Assembly (NCBI GenBank): GCA_964016885.1
Contig: OZ024741.1
Location: 88,660,001-88,724,000, forward strand
Source: Eledone cirrhosa
Taxonomy: Eukaryota
DNA: 64,000 nucleotides
Reading direction: 5' to 3'
Shown here in pieces: positions 11,453 to 26,340 of the stretch. A program made the position numbers and the translations under genes. Under the pieces are notes generated by a model. The model was given only the letters and a program-made list of their open reading frames with translations. It had not been told where the DNA came from and made no database searches. How positions within the stretch are numbered: position 1 is the first letter of the stretch; the number at the start of each line of letters is the position of its first letter.

Positions 11453-14400
11453 GAAGGTGAATTCACATGAGATATGAATATGTCATGTGAATTGACGCTG
11501 GGTAAAGAACAAACTAACAGATGAATTAAAACTTGGAAATAGTGAGACCAAACTTGAAAATCATACATCCTTAAGATACATAGAAATATATGGTACTGCA
11601 AACCTATACGATCCATACCAGCAGAAGCTAAAATAATAACAACAATGATATCATTTTGTTTTTAACAACATTCATTATTTAAAAAAAAGTTCTTTGTTTG
11701 CAAAGCAGAAACAATATACATATATATGTGTGTATGTGTATATATTTATATACATACACACACACATGAATAGATCTCACACTCTCTCTCTTTTTATATA
11801 TAGTAAATAGGACAAAGCAGTGAAATGCCATTTATTTCATATATGGCATTCTATCATTCCAAAATAGTACCCTTCTCAGCCTTTATAAAAATGGTCCTTT
11901 CTGATGTTTTTAAACATTTAGCTTATTGCAGTCTCAGCAGTAGGTTTGACTATAGAAATAGTCTCATTTTACAATTTTGTTCTCTCTCTCTCTCAAATAT
12001 GTGTGTATGTATGTATGTATGTATGTATGTATGTATGTATGTATGTATGTATGTATGTATGCATAAATATATGTAAATGTATATATACACAGATATATGT
12101 GTGTATATCTATCTATCTATCTGTCCCTCTCTCTAAAGGAATTGTGACAGATGTTTTCTGCTGTGTAATTCTTTTTTAAAGTTTGATTTTAAAGGTTTTT
12201 TTCTTCTTTCTCTTGTAATAAAAAATGTATTCAAAAAAGAGAGAAAAATAAAGACACACAAAGAGAAATCAATGCATAAATTAGAACAATCTAGAAGCTG
12301 TGTTAACATTCTTCTGAAAGTGTAGAAATGCAACACAAAAGTACACGCATATATATATATATATGCATGTTTGCATGTGCATGTATATGTGTATGTCATT
12401 GACTCTATAAATAACAATCATTTTTTAGGTTATAGGCAGCAGTGATTCTCTTTAAATAGTCTCCTCTATTTACAATGAATATTGGTGCTAGCTGCAGTTT
12501 GAAAATAAAAACAATAAACGCAGCAACAAAGACTGTAGTTCTGCAGCCATTCAGTAAATACATTAATGTATTACCTCCTATTAGTAGTTCAACTTGTTAG
12601 AGAGGTGTGTGGTGAGAGTTAGAGCTTACAATTATACAGGTATAATATGCAGATTTATTTGCAAACTTTTAAACCTAAACATAATGGTTGCACATTATAT
12701 AGAAGAAAACCTGCCAAACAAGGGGTCAAGAGGACTCTGCAGTTGTTTCAAGAGCATGACACTCTCCCTAGTATTAGTGCATGATAAAATTGTAGCATTT
12801 GGGAATGAAAGTGAAATGCATCTCCTGGCTAGTTTGGGAGGTCTATAGCTCTGATTGGGTACTGACTTGGTCTATAATGATCTGTCCAACCTTTCTAGCA
12901 GAGAAAACATGTTAAATGATGATGAATTAAATGTTACCCTTTGATCAAATGCTTGGCCATATGCTGGTAGTATGACTGTTGGTGATATAAGCTAGCTGAT
13001 TTATAATGGAGAATTTAAATTGTTATATTTGTTTTAAATTTTAGCACAAAGCCAGCAGTTTTCAGGGAAGGAGAAAGTCAATTATATTGACCACAGTACT
13101 TGACTGGTACTTTATTTTATTGACCCTTAAAAGATGAATAGCAAAGTTGACCTCAGATTGATACATGTTTCAATGATAGTAATAATACATTAAATATTGT
13201 GTTGTTACAGTGAATAGATTTTGGATGGATGGATGGACCTGTACCTCTTGGTGGAGTGATAGGAGTGTGGTGGTGACATATGACATTTTAAACCTAGCAG
13301 CACACATCCTTCTCTCAACACAGCCAATTTCTTCTTCTTCTTCTTCTTCTTCTTCTTCTTCTAGAGGGAGAGAGAGATGTAGAGGAAGAATTGACCCCAG
13401 TACTGGACTGGTAGTTTTTTTTTTTATTAACCTTGATGAAAGGCAATACTGAACTTGCCAGGATTTTAACTCAAAATATAGAAAGCTGGAGTGAATACTA
13501 CAAAGCATTTCTACCCAAAGTTCTAACAACTCTACCAATTCACTGTCTTCCAAGCATGCATTAAAGATGTAAATTTTCTGTTGCTGATGCAAATATTGAT
13601 ACCTGTTGTATGATGTTAACAAACAATGGTCATCATACACAGCTGTCATATTGGAAATCATATCAATCAGTATCTGACTAAATACAGCAAAGTTTCACTC
13701 ATATATTGTTAATAGGAAGTAATCAGAAAATATAATTGATATTAGTAACAACGGAACAGATTTTTATTTTTGTCAAGACAGAAATGCACACAAATATGTC
13801 TATGTCATCATTGGTGTCAGTAGTGGGGAGTGGATTGGTGGAATCATTAGAGCACCAGACAAAATACTTTGTAGCATTTGGTTACACTCCCTTATGTTGT
13901 GAGTTCAAATCTAACCAAGGTTAGTCAATAAAGTGAAGTACTCGGGTTGATATAATTAACATTCTCCTTCCCCAAAATTACTGACCTAGTGTTAATGTTA
14001 AAATGAATTATTGGTGTCAACACAATTTTTATTGCAGGAAACAAGTAATGAAATATTAGAATGGTTAAAATATTTTAACACTTTTGTTACCATATTTCTA
14101 ATGAATGACACTGATGACATGTTTTAATTAAATTTGAAAATAATCCTGAATTTTGAAGAATTAACTTTGGAGCATTACTTAACAAAAATGTTCTTACATA
14201 AAATTACATTTGAGTGTGTTAAACAAGAGTGGTGGATTGGTAGAATTGTTAGAACATCAGATAAAAAAATTTGAGGCATTTGTTCCTGGTTTTTACATTC
14301 TGAGTTCAAATCCTGCTGAAGCAAACCTTGCCTTTCAACCTTCGGGAATCAATAAAATAAAGTACCAATCAAATAATAGGGTTGATATTAACTCTGTAAA

Positions 14401-14729
14401 GTGGTAATGCTAGTGCCATGATTAAATGCATCTAACCCACACTAAAAAGATGGTAGTGGTTGTTCCAGTACATGTCATGAAGTGTTTGACATCAGGAAGG
14501 GCATTCAGTTATAGAAAAACCATGCAAAAATGGAATGTATGAGCAAGATACAGTCGTTTGACCTGCCTATCTAATCCCAGCATGAAAAATAGACTTAAAA
14601 TGGTGGTGATGATGATGATGAAAGACTCTGATGTGATGGTTTCAAGGATGCTCTGCCAGGCATCTAGTATCTACTTATATACAAAGGAGAGCTCTAGTAA
14701 GTAAATACAGCCTGTCAGAGTAGTGGACT

Positions 14730-14930
14730 TGAACTCCTCCACCAGTCACTGGACATCAACATGCAACTTGAACAGCTTGTTAATGCTGACATCCAATGGT
14801 TGTGAATGATGGTCATCTCTCTGGGAATGATGTAGCTTGTTAATGTTGATAACCTGTTGTAGGAGAGTGGTCATCCCACCAGGAATTATGACACAACTGG
14901 TTTTCATGAAGTTCATTTGTCAGACATTCT
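14730..14930 (-). mobile_element. pogo/Tigger-type DDE transposase remnant
   Basis: VIIPGGMTTLLQ and QPLDVSINKLFK, the DDE_1 signature IPGG.T..LQPLDV..NKPFK, partly duplicated. Confidence 0.72.
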
Positions 14931-15249
14931 TGAGTACAAAACAGCACCATAACTACATTACATTAAAATTCAAGCTTTTAGTTTAATGCAAATTTTCACA
15001 ATGATCTCTCCACTTGAATTAACAAACCTGCTTTTTGATATTTTCTGCTAAGTCATTACAGAATGTTAAGAGTTAAATGTTTATAGTTAATTTTAAAATA
15101 AGTTTTGAAGAGATATTTTTATGAAACAATAATTATGGCTTATTCAAAAAAGGAGAGGGAAATGATTTCTGAGAGAAAAAAAATCTGAGAATGATAATCC
15201 ATTGAGACATATAATTGTCGCTCATAATGTTTTCTTCACACTCATTTAA

Positions 15250-15670
15250 CCTGTTTGATACCAAACTACCTGAAACTGCACCTGGTTCTGATACAAAGCT
15301 GTTTATTTTAAAGCATTTATATTTATCTAAAAACCTTCCATTATAATTCAGAGGGTCGGACGCCATGCTTTGCAGCAAAGAGTTACGGCCCTTTATGGTC
15401 TGAGTTCAAATCCCGCTGAGGTTAACTTTGCCTTTCATCCTTACGGGGTCGATAAAATAAAGTACCAGTAATGCACTGGGTAATTGCTGGCCTTGTGCCA
15501 AAAGTAGAAACAATTATAATTCTGTATGTACATCTTTGTTATGTCAAAAACACCACCAGCTTGATAATGAAAAAGTTAGTTTCTTTAATCCCTCCAAATC
15601 CTTGATTATTTTCAAAATAATATAAACATTATAGGCAGTATCTTTCATTAAAAATATGCTAATAAAAGGG
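15250..15670. mobile_element. TTAA MITE (family 2) containing a 5'-truncated SINE
   Basis: TTAA at 15246-15249 and 15671-15674. SINE at 15350-15512 is flanked by the 10-bp TSD attataattc (15340-15349, 15513-15522). Other family-2 copies: 18546-18783, 20710-21161, 28841-29088, 44685-44926, 55262-55694, 62861-63084. Confidence 0.75.
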
Positions 15671-18155
15671 TTAAATAAAGCTTGTTTTTATTCTAAACGG
15701 CCATATTTCAGTTAGAAGAAGACTCTCAGGGGGAAATCTTAGTCATTATTGTCAAGATGTGATGTAAATGAATCCAACAATCTAGACTTTGATCACATAA
15801 AACTTCTATAAATAATGGAAAAACTAGGGAAATTGTGACGTTCTTGTGTTTGAAGTGAAACCAATTTCAACTATCTCAAAATTATTTTTGAAAAGCAAAA
15901 GAAATGCGCAACCGGTAAAAACTTAAAACTAAAACTGAATACTAACTAATACTTATTACTAATTTATACTTATTCCTAATTAAACTATTTTTCACTGGGA
16001 AAAATTTGTCAGCATTTTCTTTTCCTTTTTACAAGAGCAAATCTACCATCACTGTCTCTCTTCCATTCTTTCTTATATACACTCTATTTTTATCCCATAA
16101 TACATTCACTCCCTTCATCCATTACTCCCTACCATTGCAATTTCTCTCCAATTACTCACCTTTTGCCACCTTCTCACTGCAACTCCTCTATTTTTCTCTT
16201 CATAATCTTGTTCCCTCACTCCCTCTGCTTCTTTTGTTATTGCTCTCTCTCTCAATCACATTACTTTGAATGAATGAAGACAATGTAAAGTAATGAGAAC
16301 TCTTAAGTCTTGTATAACAAATGGCAACATCACTAGTACTGTTGTCATATTAAAATGCAGCTCTAGAAAGTGGTTGGTAATTGGTCCAAGACAACAAAAG
16401 GTCAAGAGGACATAACAATCTAGTATTGGTGCCACGATAAAATCCACCCAGTACACTCTGTAATGTGGATGGTGTTACAAAAGGCATCCAGCTGTAGAAA
16501 CCATGCACTATAATAAAACACATATTCCTCAGACTTATTCAAGAAGACAGCAACTACAAAAAAGTACTATCTTGGACCATAATGGCAGCATAGAAAGTAG
16601 GTGCAACATGACAATGATGAGCAAAGTTGATTCATCAAGATCTGAACACAGAACATAGAAGATTGTAAATAACTAATAATTAAAATAATAAGTCCAACAT
16701 TTAACTACAGACATTTCTGAAGACAGAAATGAGGAGATTGTAATATCCATGCTATACATTAGCAACAGAAGGTGGTTAGAATCGAACTTGTGTGAATACA
16801 AACTTATCTCTTATTCTAAAGCATAACATTCATGTTATGCTTGGGGATCCAGTTGGATTAATTGGAGATGGTTGTTTCAGACAGGACTTGCTGGAAGAAG
16901 TATTTGAGAACTCTGCTTCCATGACCCTACCAGGATTAAGTGGGTGAAGAAGAAGTGTACATATTTTTGTCAACTCTGGAATGATTTTAACTCAGATTTT
17001 CAAGGGATGTAACTAAATATTGCATGGCTTTTTATCTGGCACTCTATTACCTGAAGTCAACAAGGGAGCTTTTACATGGTCACTCAATCTGCGAGAAAAT
17101 TCACCCCTAAGTCTGAAATAAAATATACATTTAACTATGTGCTTCCTTATATACAAAAAGAAAAAAAATGGAGAGGCACATTTAGAATACCTTTGATCAT
17201 AGGTCTTCTAGATTAGGATTGTGGATAAACAACAGTAAATTCATTGCCTTTAACTACTACTGCTACTACAAGTATTACTACCACCACCATCACCACATAT
17301 GAAAGAAATTTATGACATGGTTGTTGACAGCTGTTTAGAGAGGAAATGGACAGACAGACACAAGTTAGTTTCATAACTGTTGGTAACCTTTAATGTAGGA
17401 TGTCTTGGGTTTTCTTTTGTATTATTTTTTTCTGTTTGATCCTTAACAAAGGTAAAGTAAGAAGCCAGACACCTAAATACCACCTGATACCTTCCTAGAT
17501 CCTAACTACTAATAACACACAGTGTTTACTTACCACACACATCCTCTTGTTATACTTAATAGAACCTGAATATGACTGATGCAAGCAGCCATCTATGTAC
17601 ATGTGCATCTATTTATCTTTCTTTGCATTTAATTAAAATATCAATTAATTAAATACCAATTAAAGTGTCAATTAATCAAATACCAAAGCTTGAAAATAAA
17701 TGAATTCAACAGTTCCCTTTCATTACTATATTACTAATAAAAGATTTTCAAATAATTTTTCAAAATAATTTCCCATTATTTATTTTGTTTGGCACATAAC
17801 TTAAAGGTCACACATAAAAGTTCAATGGAAATTATTTTGATAATAATGAACACTTTAAAATATACAACTTAGTATCATAGAATCAGGAATGGTAACAGGC
17901 TGTTTGGTATCAAAAGAGTTTTGTAGAATAATTCTTATTAGTTAACAATCATGTGATTTTTTATGGTTGTTTGATATAATTATGTGGACTTCAAAACTTT
18001 GGATCCACCTGTAGCATTTCTTTACCATGGGTTAAATAAATTGATGTACCCAAAGGATTAGTCATTATTAAATATTGTTAATAATTTCAGAGACTAAAAG
18101 CAATGCATAGAAATCAAACCTACTGAGAAAAAAAAAAAAAATTATATATGTTTAA

Positions 18156-18371
18156 TCCTTTAGCATTTGCATTACTCTATATTAACTAATGTATTTTCAC
18201 ATGTATTTTACCTTACATAATTATCTCACATAATATTGAATCTATGAGATTTTGATATTATTTATTTTGAGAACAATACCTTAACATAGGTATGAGCAGC
18301 TGGTTACGACCAGTTTGAACAGAAAGAAGTGAGAATTCTGGCCAGATACAATCGGTTTAAATGTTAAAGTG
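18156..18371. mobile_element. TTAA MITE family 1
   Basis: TTAA|tcctttagcattt...aaatgttaaagtg|TTAA. Body similar to 36438-36657. Confidence 0.75.
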
Positions 18372-21300
18372 TTAAAGGAAGTACAATATACTAAAATAAA
18401 TGATAAAATGTACCTAACCCATTCTGTAAGGTGGTAGTGCTGATGTCAATGACAGATCTTGAAAGGATGCTAACTCTTAATGTCCTGTGACACATAGCAA
18501 AATATTCTTAAACAATTCAAAGCAACACTATGACAGTATCACATCAACCTTTTTGTTACCATATTTCTAATGAAATATACTCTGTTTCAAATAATTCATG
18601 ATGAATTTTGAGGGATTTACTAAAATTACTAATTATTTCATTGCTAAGATAGTAACTTAACATATGGTTCTTATATGAAATTATGCTAGAAGATTCTAAT
18701 TTAAGTAGGTACCTTTTAAAATGGCTGGTTTTGTTTCATAGAACAAGGAGCTGCTTCAGAAGGGTTGGTATCAAGAGGGTTAAAAATTAAAGTCTTTACT
18801 CTAATAATACACATTTTTTTAATGATCTGTCTATTAATAAAGATACTATAAATATCTGAATCAACAGATGTTTTTGGAGGTTTTCTGCTAAATCATTACA
18901 TGATCATCATCATCATCATCATCATTGTTTTTACTTTGACTTTTCTATGCTGGCATGTATTTTGCAGCAATGTTTTACAGCCAGATGCCCTTCCTGACAA
19001 CAAATCTTTTAGTCACAGGGATAATGTGTGCTTATTCTAAACTGAAGGTGCATGGCTTAGTGGTTAGAGTGTTGGGTTTACAATCGTAAGATTGTGAATT
19101 CGATTCTCAGACCAGGCTTTGTGTTGCGTTCTTGAGCAAGACACTTTATTTCACATTGCTCCAGTTTACTCAGCTGTAGAAATTAGTTGCGACGTTACTG
19201 GTGCCAAGCTGTATCGGCCTTTGCCTTTCCCTTGGACAACACCAGTAGCTTGGAGAGGGGAAGCAAAATGGACCCTTTAATCACACAGCCATGTCTCAAT
19301 CTAAGTATTCTAAATTAAAGGTTATTCTATAATTAAAATTATTCTAAAAAAAAAAATTTATTTTCAAATTTATTCTATAAAAAGTTGCATAGATAAAAAA
19401 ATCATGGTACCTTCCCCCAATGATGAGTAGCTTCTACAAGGTTATGCAATCTACTAGAAAAAATAGCTAAATATTCTTCATATTACACCCTACCATATTA
19501 AAAAAAAGAAGGTTGCATTAAATAAAGAAGTCCTAGAAACACTGTCTGAAAATGGAAAGAAAACAACAGGATGGTCAATATAAGCCGGCTGAAATGGGCA
19601 GAGAATAATAACAATAACTACCATTATCATCAACAACAAAAGGTTAAAATGTTAGGCCAAACACCTGGAGTAAGGAAATGACAAAGAAATGATTTCCTTT
19701 AACGCTTAAACTATCCAGGGTTCTCTAACACAAAGCTGTTTATTTTAAGGTGTTTATAATCATAATCATCATCATAATTTAAAATCCATTTTCCTTGCTG
19801 GCAAGGGTTGTATGTCTCATCACAGACCAAGTCAACACTCAATACTTAGTTAAAATCTTCCATCATAATTTTATGTAAGAACCATTAAGTCATGTTCAAA
19901 ACATCAGCAAGTAATGAGAAAGTTACTTATTTTACTAAATCCATCCAAATTCTTGATTATTTTCAAAATGATTTGAAAATTACAGGCAGTGTCTGTCATT
20001 AGAAATATGGTAATAAACGAGTTGAAACGTCAATAATCAGAGGTTTAGTAGCAGTGATAGTTAGCAGTGTAGAGGATGAATATCAAAAAAATGTTTCTAT
20101 AGCAACAAGCAATAACAGAAATATAGGTTTTAGTTTAGTTTGTGTTACCTGTATATGCATTAGAGTCTACTCCATCAGACTTGAGTTTGGCATAAGAAGC
20201 ACAGTTCACAACTTAAGATGGAATAAATAATGTGTGTAATTTGTGCATTACAATCTCCCTCAAACTACACACTACTGCTTTATTACGATTTTATACTCTG
20301 GTACCATGATAAAATGTACCCACTACACGCTGTAAAGTGGTTGCCATTAGGAAATACATCCAGCCGTAGAAACCTTGCCAAAATATGGAACATATGAGTA
20401 AGAGGTGGTTATCTGACCTGTTTTGTCTCAGACTGAGATGACCCATCCAACAAATTCCAGCATGGAAAACGGATGTAAAATGGTGATTGTGATAATAATG
20501 ACGCTTGCAGGAAATGAAATATGTATCTAGAAATTAGCTAAATCAGCAGAGAAATATAATCTAACACATGAACACACACTTTTCATTCTGTAATGACACA
20601 TTGGTGGAAGATAGAAATTATTGTCTTTATGACATGATATTTGATGCATTTTAGAGCTAAATTCACAGCCCCATTGTTAAATAGTAACACATTTCAGAAT
20701 ATATATATATTAACCCTTTCATGACTATATTTCTAATGAAAGACATTGCCTATGATTTGTGAGTAATTTCGAAACTAATCAAGAATTTGAAGGGATTTAT
20801 TTAATATAATTTTCTTTTTATTAAGGTGCTGAATTGGCACAATAATTGGAGCATCAGACAAAATGATTTGCAGCATTTAGTTACAACTCTTTATGTTCTG
20901 AGTTCAATTCCTGCCAAGGGCAACTTTGCCTTTTATTCTTCCAGTGTCAAGAAAATATAGTACCAGTAACGTACTGGAGTTGACCTAATCAACTTTCTCT
21001 CCTCACGAATTGATGGGCTTGTGCCTAAATTAGAAATCCTTATCAAGCTGCAGTAGAACATAATTTATGAAAGGTTCTTACATAAAATTATGAGTGAAGG
21101 TTTTTACATACATAAATCTAAATATTTTATATCATAGGCAGTTTGGTAACAAAAGGATTAAATTGTGAGGAAAGTATGCCTGACTAACAACAAAATAGTA
21201 ATCATTTGCAGAATTATACAATCAATTTCATTCATTAACTTTTAAGATTCTGCAATAATTTAGTAGAAAATATCTAACAACAGGTTTATTAATTTGTTTG

Positions 21301-21489
21301 TAATATCTTTACTAGTGGACAAATTGCTGTGAAAATTTGTAATGTGTGGCAGTCATATACTTTTTTAAGAAGGTTTTAATGTAGTTTCATGCAGTACAGG
21401 ACATTAAAAGTTAAATTAGCATTATTATAATGATTTGGAAATCATTTATTTTTGTAGTTAATAATTAATAATTCTAGTTTTATCTGGGA

Positions 21490-21670
21490 ACTTTAACCAA
21501 CCGACAGGAGATCCAGGGAGCAGATCTTGAGCAAGATGGTTGGATAACATTTATGTGCTCAGCTTGTCTCGCTTGGGGATCTAGCTGAATTAATTGGAGA
21601 CGGTTGTTTCTGATAGGACTTGCTAGAAGGAGCACTTGAGGACTCCCCCCCCCCCCCCACAAATAAGTGG
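21490..21670 (+). mobile_element. Rex3/Expander-like RTE 3' fragment
   Basis: PTDRRSRGRS*ARWLDNI. Similar to the 3' end of 58940-60130 and to about 16750-16955. Confidence 0.55.
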
Positions 21671-22479
21671 ATGAATAAAATGTAGTTTTAGTCTGAGTAG
21701 GCAGTCTAAATCGGCTAGACAAAGAACACATTTTTATATCAACAAACTTTAGAGCTAAATCCATGGCACATTGTTAAACAGCAACATATTTTAATATGTA
21801 TATTAACCCTTTCATGAAAGAGTGCCTGTGTTTTGTGTTGCAAGTAATTTTGAACAGGAATAAGTACTTGATTGGGATTAAATTTGATAGTGTATCATTT
21901 GTTGGCCAGAAACAACAAGAGAAGAGAGTAATGCAAATGTTGTCGTAGAGATACTTAAAAAAACTTGTGGAAAAAAACCCCAACTATTTTTAGACATGTA
22001 AGAATACTGGATAATAAGCTTTGCGCTTTAAGATGTAATGTAGAGGCTATACACTATATAATGTACTGGGAAATGACGATGATGATGATGTTAATTATTA
22101 CTAAGGATATCTTATATCTCAGCTATTCACATCATTTCAAATGTGACAAAATGCAATCTGATAGCCTAAAACTGATACGATTTCTGAAATTACTTTACCG
22201 CTATTTATCTAATTGGGAGAAGAGTGTTATAATAGGAAAGGATACATAACATACATAATCAGTTTATATTTTATATGGTATAAGTCTTGTAGAATATAAT
22301 TATGACCTTTGACTGTGTATCTATGTATAAAAGGGGGAGTTATTATTATCTACAATGCACTTATAATTTTTTCCTTTTGGCAGGAATATTAGTTCTTGGT
22401 GCATTATTGGATACGGTCTTCCACTGCACAGAGGTGAAACTTGGGCCTCGGGTGCAGAGAATCTGTGAAGATTAGAAAG

Positions 22480-22830
22480 AAATTACATGAGCATGCTCCA
22501 ATAGATGCATAGTATTAGGTGTAAATGAGGAACAAAGCATTTAGGTGTTGAGAGAAAAACTTGGTATAAGAGGGGTTGGATGTAGTGAATAAGAAAGCAG
22601 AGTGTGTTGATATAGACAGACATGTGATGCATATGGAGGATATTACTGGCATAAAAAAGTGCAGAGCAGTGAAAATGGATGGAATCTGTGGAAGAGGAAG
22701 ACCTAGGTAAACATGAGATAACATGGTAGAAGCTGTTCTTAGGAAGTGGGACCTCACAAGAGGAGATAACATAGGATCAAGTTAACTGGTGATTAGCTGT
22801 ACTACAAAAGATATGGACTCCCATACTAAC
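22480..22830 (+). mobile_element. Decayed RTE 3' ORF fragment
   Basis: SMLQ*MH...HVMHMED...IKKCRAVKMDGICGRGRPR*T* is homologous to the C-terminus of the 48512-49906 ORF. Confidence 0.65.
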
Positions 22831-23519
22831 AAAATAAGACATGCATGGGGAGTATGGTAACACAGAAACTGAGAGCCATATGAAGACTTAAACCCCATCC
22901 ATACCACCACTTCCGCTTGACCTCCTACCTGCACACTGGTCTTACTTTTTCTACCTCTTGGCTATCTAAATAGAGATACTGTCTGTACATAAAGAGGAGC
23001 TGTTTAACCCTGTATGTACCTAGCAATCTTATGAATCTATTTCCCACTTTCTTTCTCCCACACTCTACAACCCAGCACATGTACTCACTTGCTCTAATTC
23101 TCTTTTACCAGGTCACTTCCACCATGCTCTCATCACCCCTCCCCTCCCAGTACTACCTCTCTCTGTACAGCTGAGGTCACGCTGCATGTGGTGGTACTGG
23201 TGCCATGATAAAATGTACCCAGCAAACCCTGAAAAGTGGTTGATGTTAGGAAGGACATCCAGTCATAGAAATCATGTGAAGCTGAAACATACGAGCAGGA
23301 TGAGGTCATCTGACCTTTCTAGCCTGTCACATCCTGACTGTTCCATTGGTCAGGAAGGCTAAGAAGCTGTCTATGTTGGCTCACAATTATACAGACAAGT
23401 AAAGCCATTAGCAAAAGCATGGTACATACTATCAAGTCCTCCTTGATTGTGAGTGACAGCCGTAATACGCACACATGGAGTAAAACATAGACAAATACAT
23501 ACACATATGTATGTATGTA

Positions 23520-23945
23520 TGTAGAATCCTATATATGTCACTAAGCTTTGTCAAGCAGTCATTGTACAAAATATCAGAACAAAGCAATGAGACACGGGAG
23601 GGGGGGACTCCTGCTACATTCTTTCTATTAATTGCTATTGCAACCGACCTCAACCCCTCTTCTTCACCTCCTCTTCATCTCCTTCATACTCCCCTTCTCA
23701 AGCCCACCCTCTCTTATTCTTTGTGCTTGCATTTGTGCTATATGTTATCAGTTTCCTCCTTTCTGTCTGACTAACTGGCTGTGTGTCTTTGGCTGCTGTT
23801 ACAACAATCAGCTGCAGACAGGTAGCACGTGGCTGCACCTTGGTACAGACAGAGTGATGGAGGAAGAGGTGGGACAAACTATCAGCAGAACTAATAAATA
23901 AGGCCCCCTCTACTCATGGCACAAGCTACACACACATCTGTAACA
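23520..23945 (+). mobile_element. Possible solo LTR
   Basis: Starts TGT and ends TGTAACA, with AATAAA about 45 nt before the end. No TSD confirmed. Confidence 0.3.
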
Positions 23946-26307
23946 ACAACGGCAACAAGCCAATCAACGACAAGCCCTTCTATGTAATAATATAACAGGC
24001 AAGAAATAGCAGCCAAGTCTCCATCAAATCAGACCATACTGTCTTCAAAAAGAAAGAGAAAAGGATAAATTAGATGGGGTTGTCACAGCTGGAAGCGCTG
24101 TGGTTATATGCCTATTAGGCTACAGCTGATTGAAGGTTAAACAACAGCAACATGAAGTAATGAGGTAACTTCTATATGCTGTGGTCGCGGATCAGATGGA
24201 AATAATATAGGATAGATAGGACTTTTCTTTCTGACCACACATATGACAACCTCTCTAGTGTTGGTGCCACAACAAATTTCACCCAGTACATTCTGTAAAG
24301 TGGTAATGCAAGTGCCATGATAACATACACCCAGTACACCTTTTAAGATGGTTGGTGTTTGGAAAGGCATCAACCCACAGTAACCATGTCAAATATGGAA
24401 CATATTAGCAAATTTATGTTTCTCTCACCTGTCTGACCTCAGACCATGACAACTCAACCAACCCATGCCAGCATGAAAGGTGGATGTAAAATGATGAAGA
24501 TGGTGAAAGTGACACATTTAAAGTGTTGGGTGTTAGGACAAATAACTAGGTCATAATATGGTCAAGATGACCAAATAGCTGCATCTATTGTCTAGATAGT
24601 TTGTTGGTCAAATAGAACTGAAACAATTCCAGCAAAAGAGCAACAAAGATATTATGTGGTCACTTGACCTGCTAGAAATACCAGACAAATTTTCTTCAAT
24701 ACATTTGGATAATGTAGTCCTAGATACATTATGTTTCAGTAAAATAAACACTATCAGAAAACACCAGCTTAACAAACAACAATAGCAGCAGCAGCAGCAA
24801 TATCAGAAGAAACCACAGCAGTAACACAACTAACACCAGCAGTAGCAACAATACCAACAACAGATTTAAAACGATCACAACTACAGAGTTGATAAATAAC
24901 TGCAGCAACAGCTACACAAACAACAACACTGATAATAGATGCAGTTGCAACAGCTGCACCACCACCAACAAAAGCAGAAGCAACAACAACAACTTCTAAT
25001 TTAAAAAAAAAGTCAGCTATTTGGAGTGATGGACAAGTTGATTATATTGACCCCAGTACTTGACTGGTACTATAATTTATCAACCCCGAAAAAATGAAAG
25101 GCAAAGTTGGCCTCAGTGGGATTTGAACTTAGATAGTAAAGAGCTGTAACTACATAACTAAATACTGTAAAGCATTTTGTCTGATGCGCTAACGATTTTG
25201 CTGAGGTACTAACAGCTGCAATTGCAACAGATGCACAAGAACAGCAATACTGAAAGAAAAAAGCAGATCAGAGGATAGCTGCAAGAACAAATACAGCAGC
25301 AATAGTAGAAATAGTTGCATATTGTTACAATTTTAGCAATTTTAGTAGGATTAAAGGGTAATAGGGAAGATGGGAAGGGAGCAGGCACGTGTACATGTTG
25401 GAGGTGGTGGGAGCATGATATGGGGGGGGGAAGTTATTGCTGGAGCAGCAGCGAGAGGAATTAGTGGAAAGATATATAATGGGAGGGTTGTTGCCTCTGA
25501 ATCTGTAAGGAGGAAGAGGGAGATTGACATGTGCTTTGTATGTGCATTTATGTGCATATGGGTGCGAAGAAGGGTGCCTTGTGGCAAGCTTAAGGAAGGG
25601 ATGGGGTGGGTTGAGAGGTGGAGATGGGGACGGAACATTCCAGTTTGTTAAGGAATGGGGTGAAAAGACAAAGAAAGGTGGGGGGAGTGGTGGATTTTTT
25701 TTAGAGAAGATGTCAGTGTTGTGGAGAAAGCGATGGTGCTGTTGGTATTACTGGTGGCGTTGGGTGGTATTAAGTAAGCAAGTACTAGTAAGGTGCTGAT
25801 GGTGGGGTGGGATGCTGAAAGTGTGTGCAAGAGGAAGGGTTGCTGATAAGTAGGGGGTGAAGGGGGTAATATGCCATGTGCTGTTGTCTGTGTGCATGAG
25901 TGTACATGTGTGATTAAGGTATGTGTGTATATATGTATGAGTGGGTGTATGTGAGAGTATATTACATGTGTGAGGGTATGTGTGAGCTAGTGTGTACATG
26001 TGTGACAATGTACAATGTGTGTTTGTTTTTCATTTTGCTTTTGTATATTTTTTAATGTTCTTATTTTATTTATTTTTCACCTCCTATTTTCATTATATCT
26101 TTATATATTTTAAATGTCTTCTGTATTTACACTGCTGTCTCACCATGGACATATAGACAACTCTCTATCTATCTATCTATCTGCCTATCACTGGTAAGGA
26201 CACACAGAAAGACATGTCTGACAGATAGATATGCCTACCACACAGAACAGACAAACAGACAGGTTTACATATCTCTTTCTCTACTTCTACTGGTGACACA
26301 GACATAC

Positions 26308-26338
<31 letters not shown>

Positions 26339-26340
26339 AT

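Noticed and set aside
11825-12417. ORFs such as CMYVCMYV, and similar ORFs at 30416, 38866, 45782 and 56898
   Set aside because: Translations of microsatellites.
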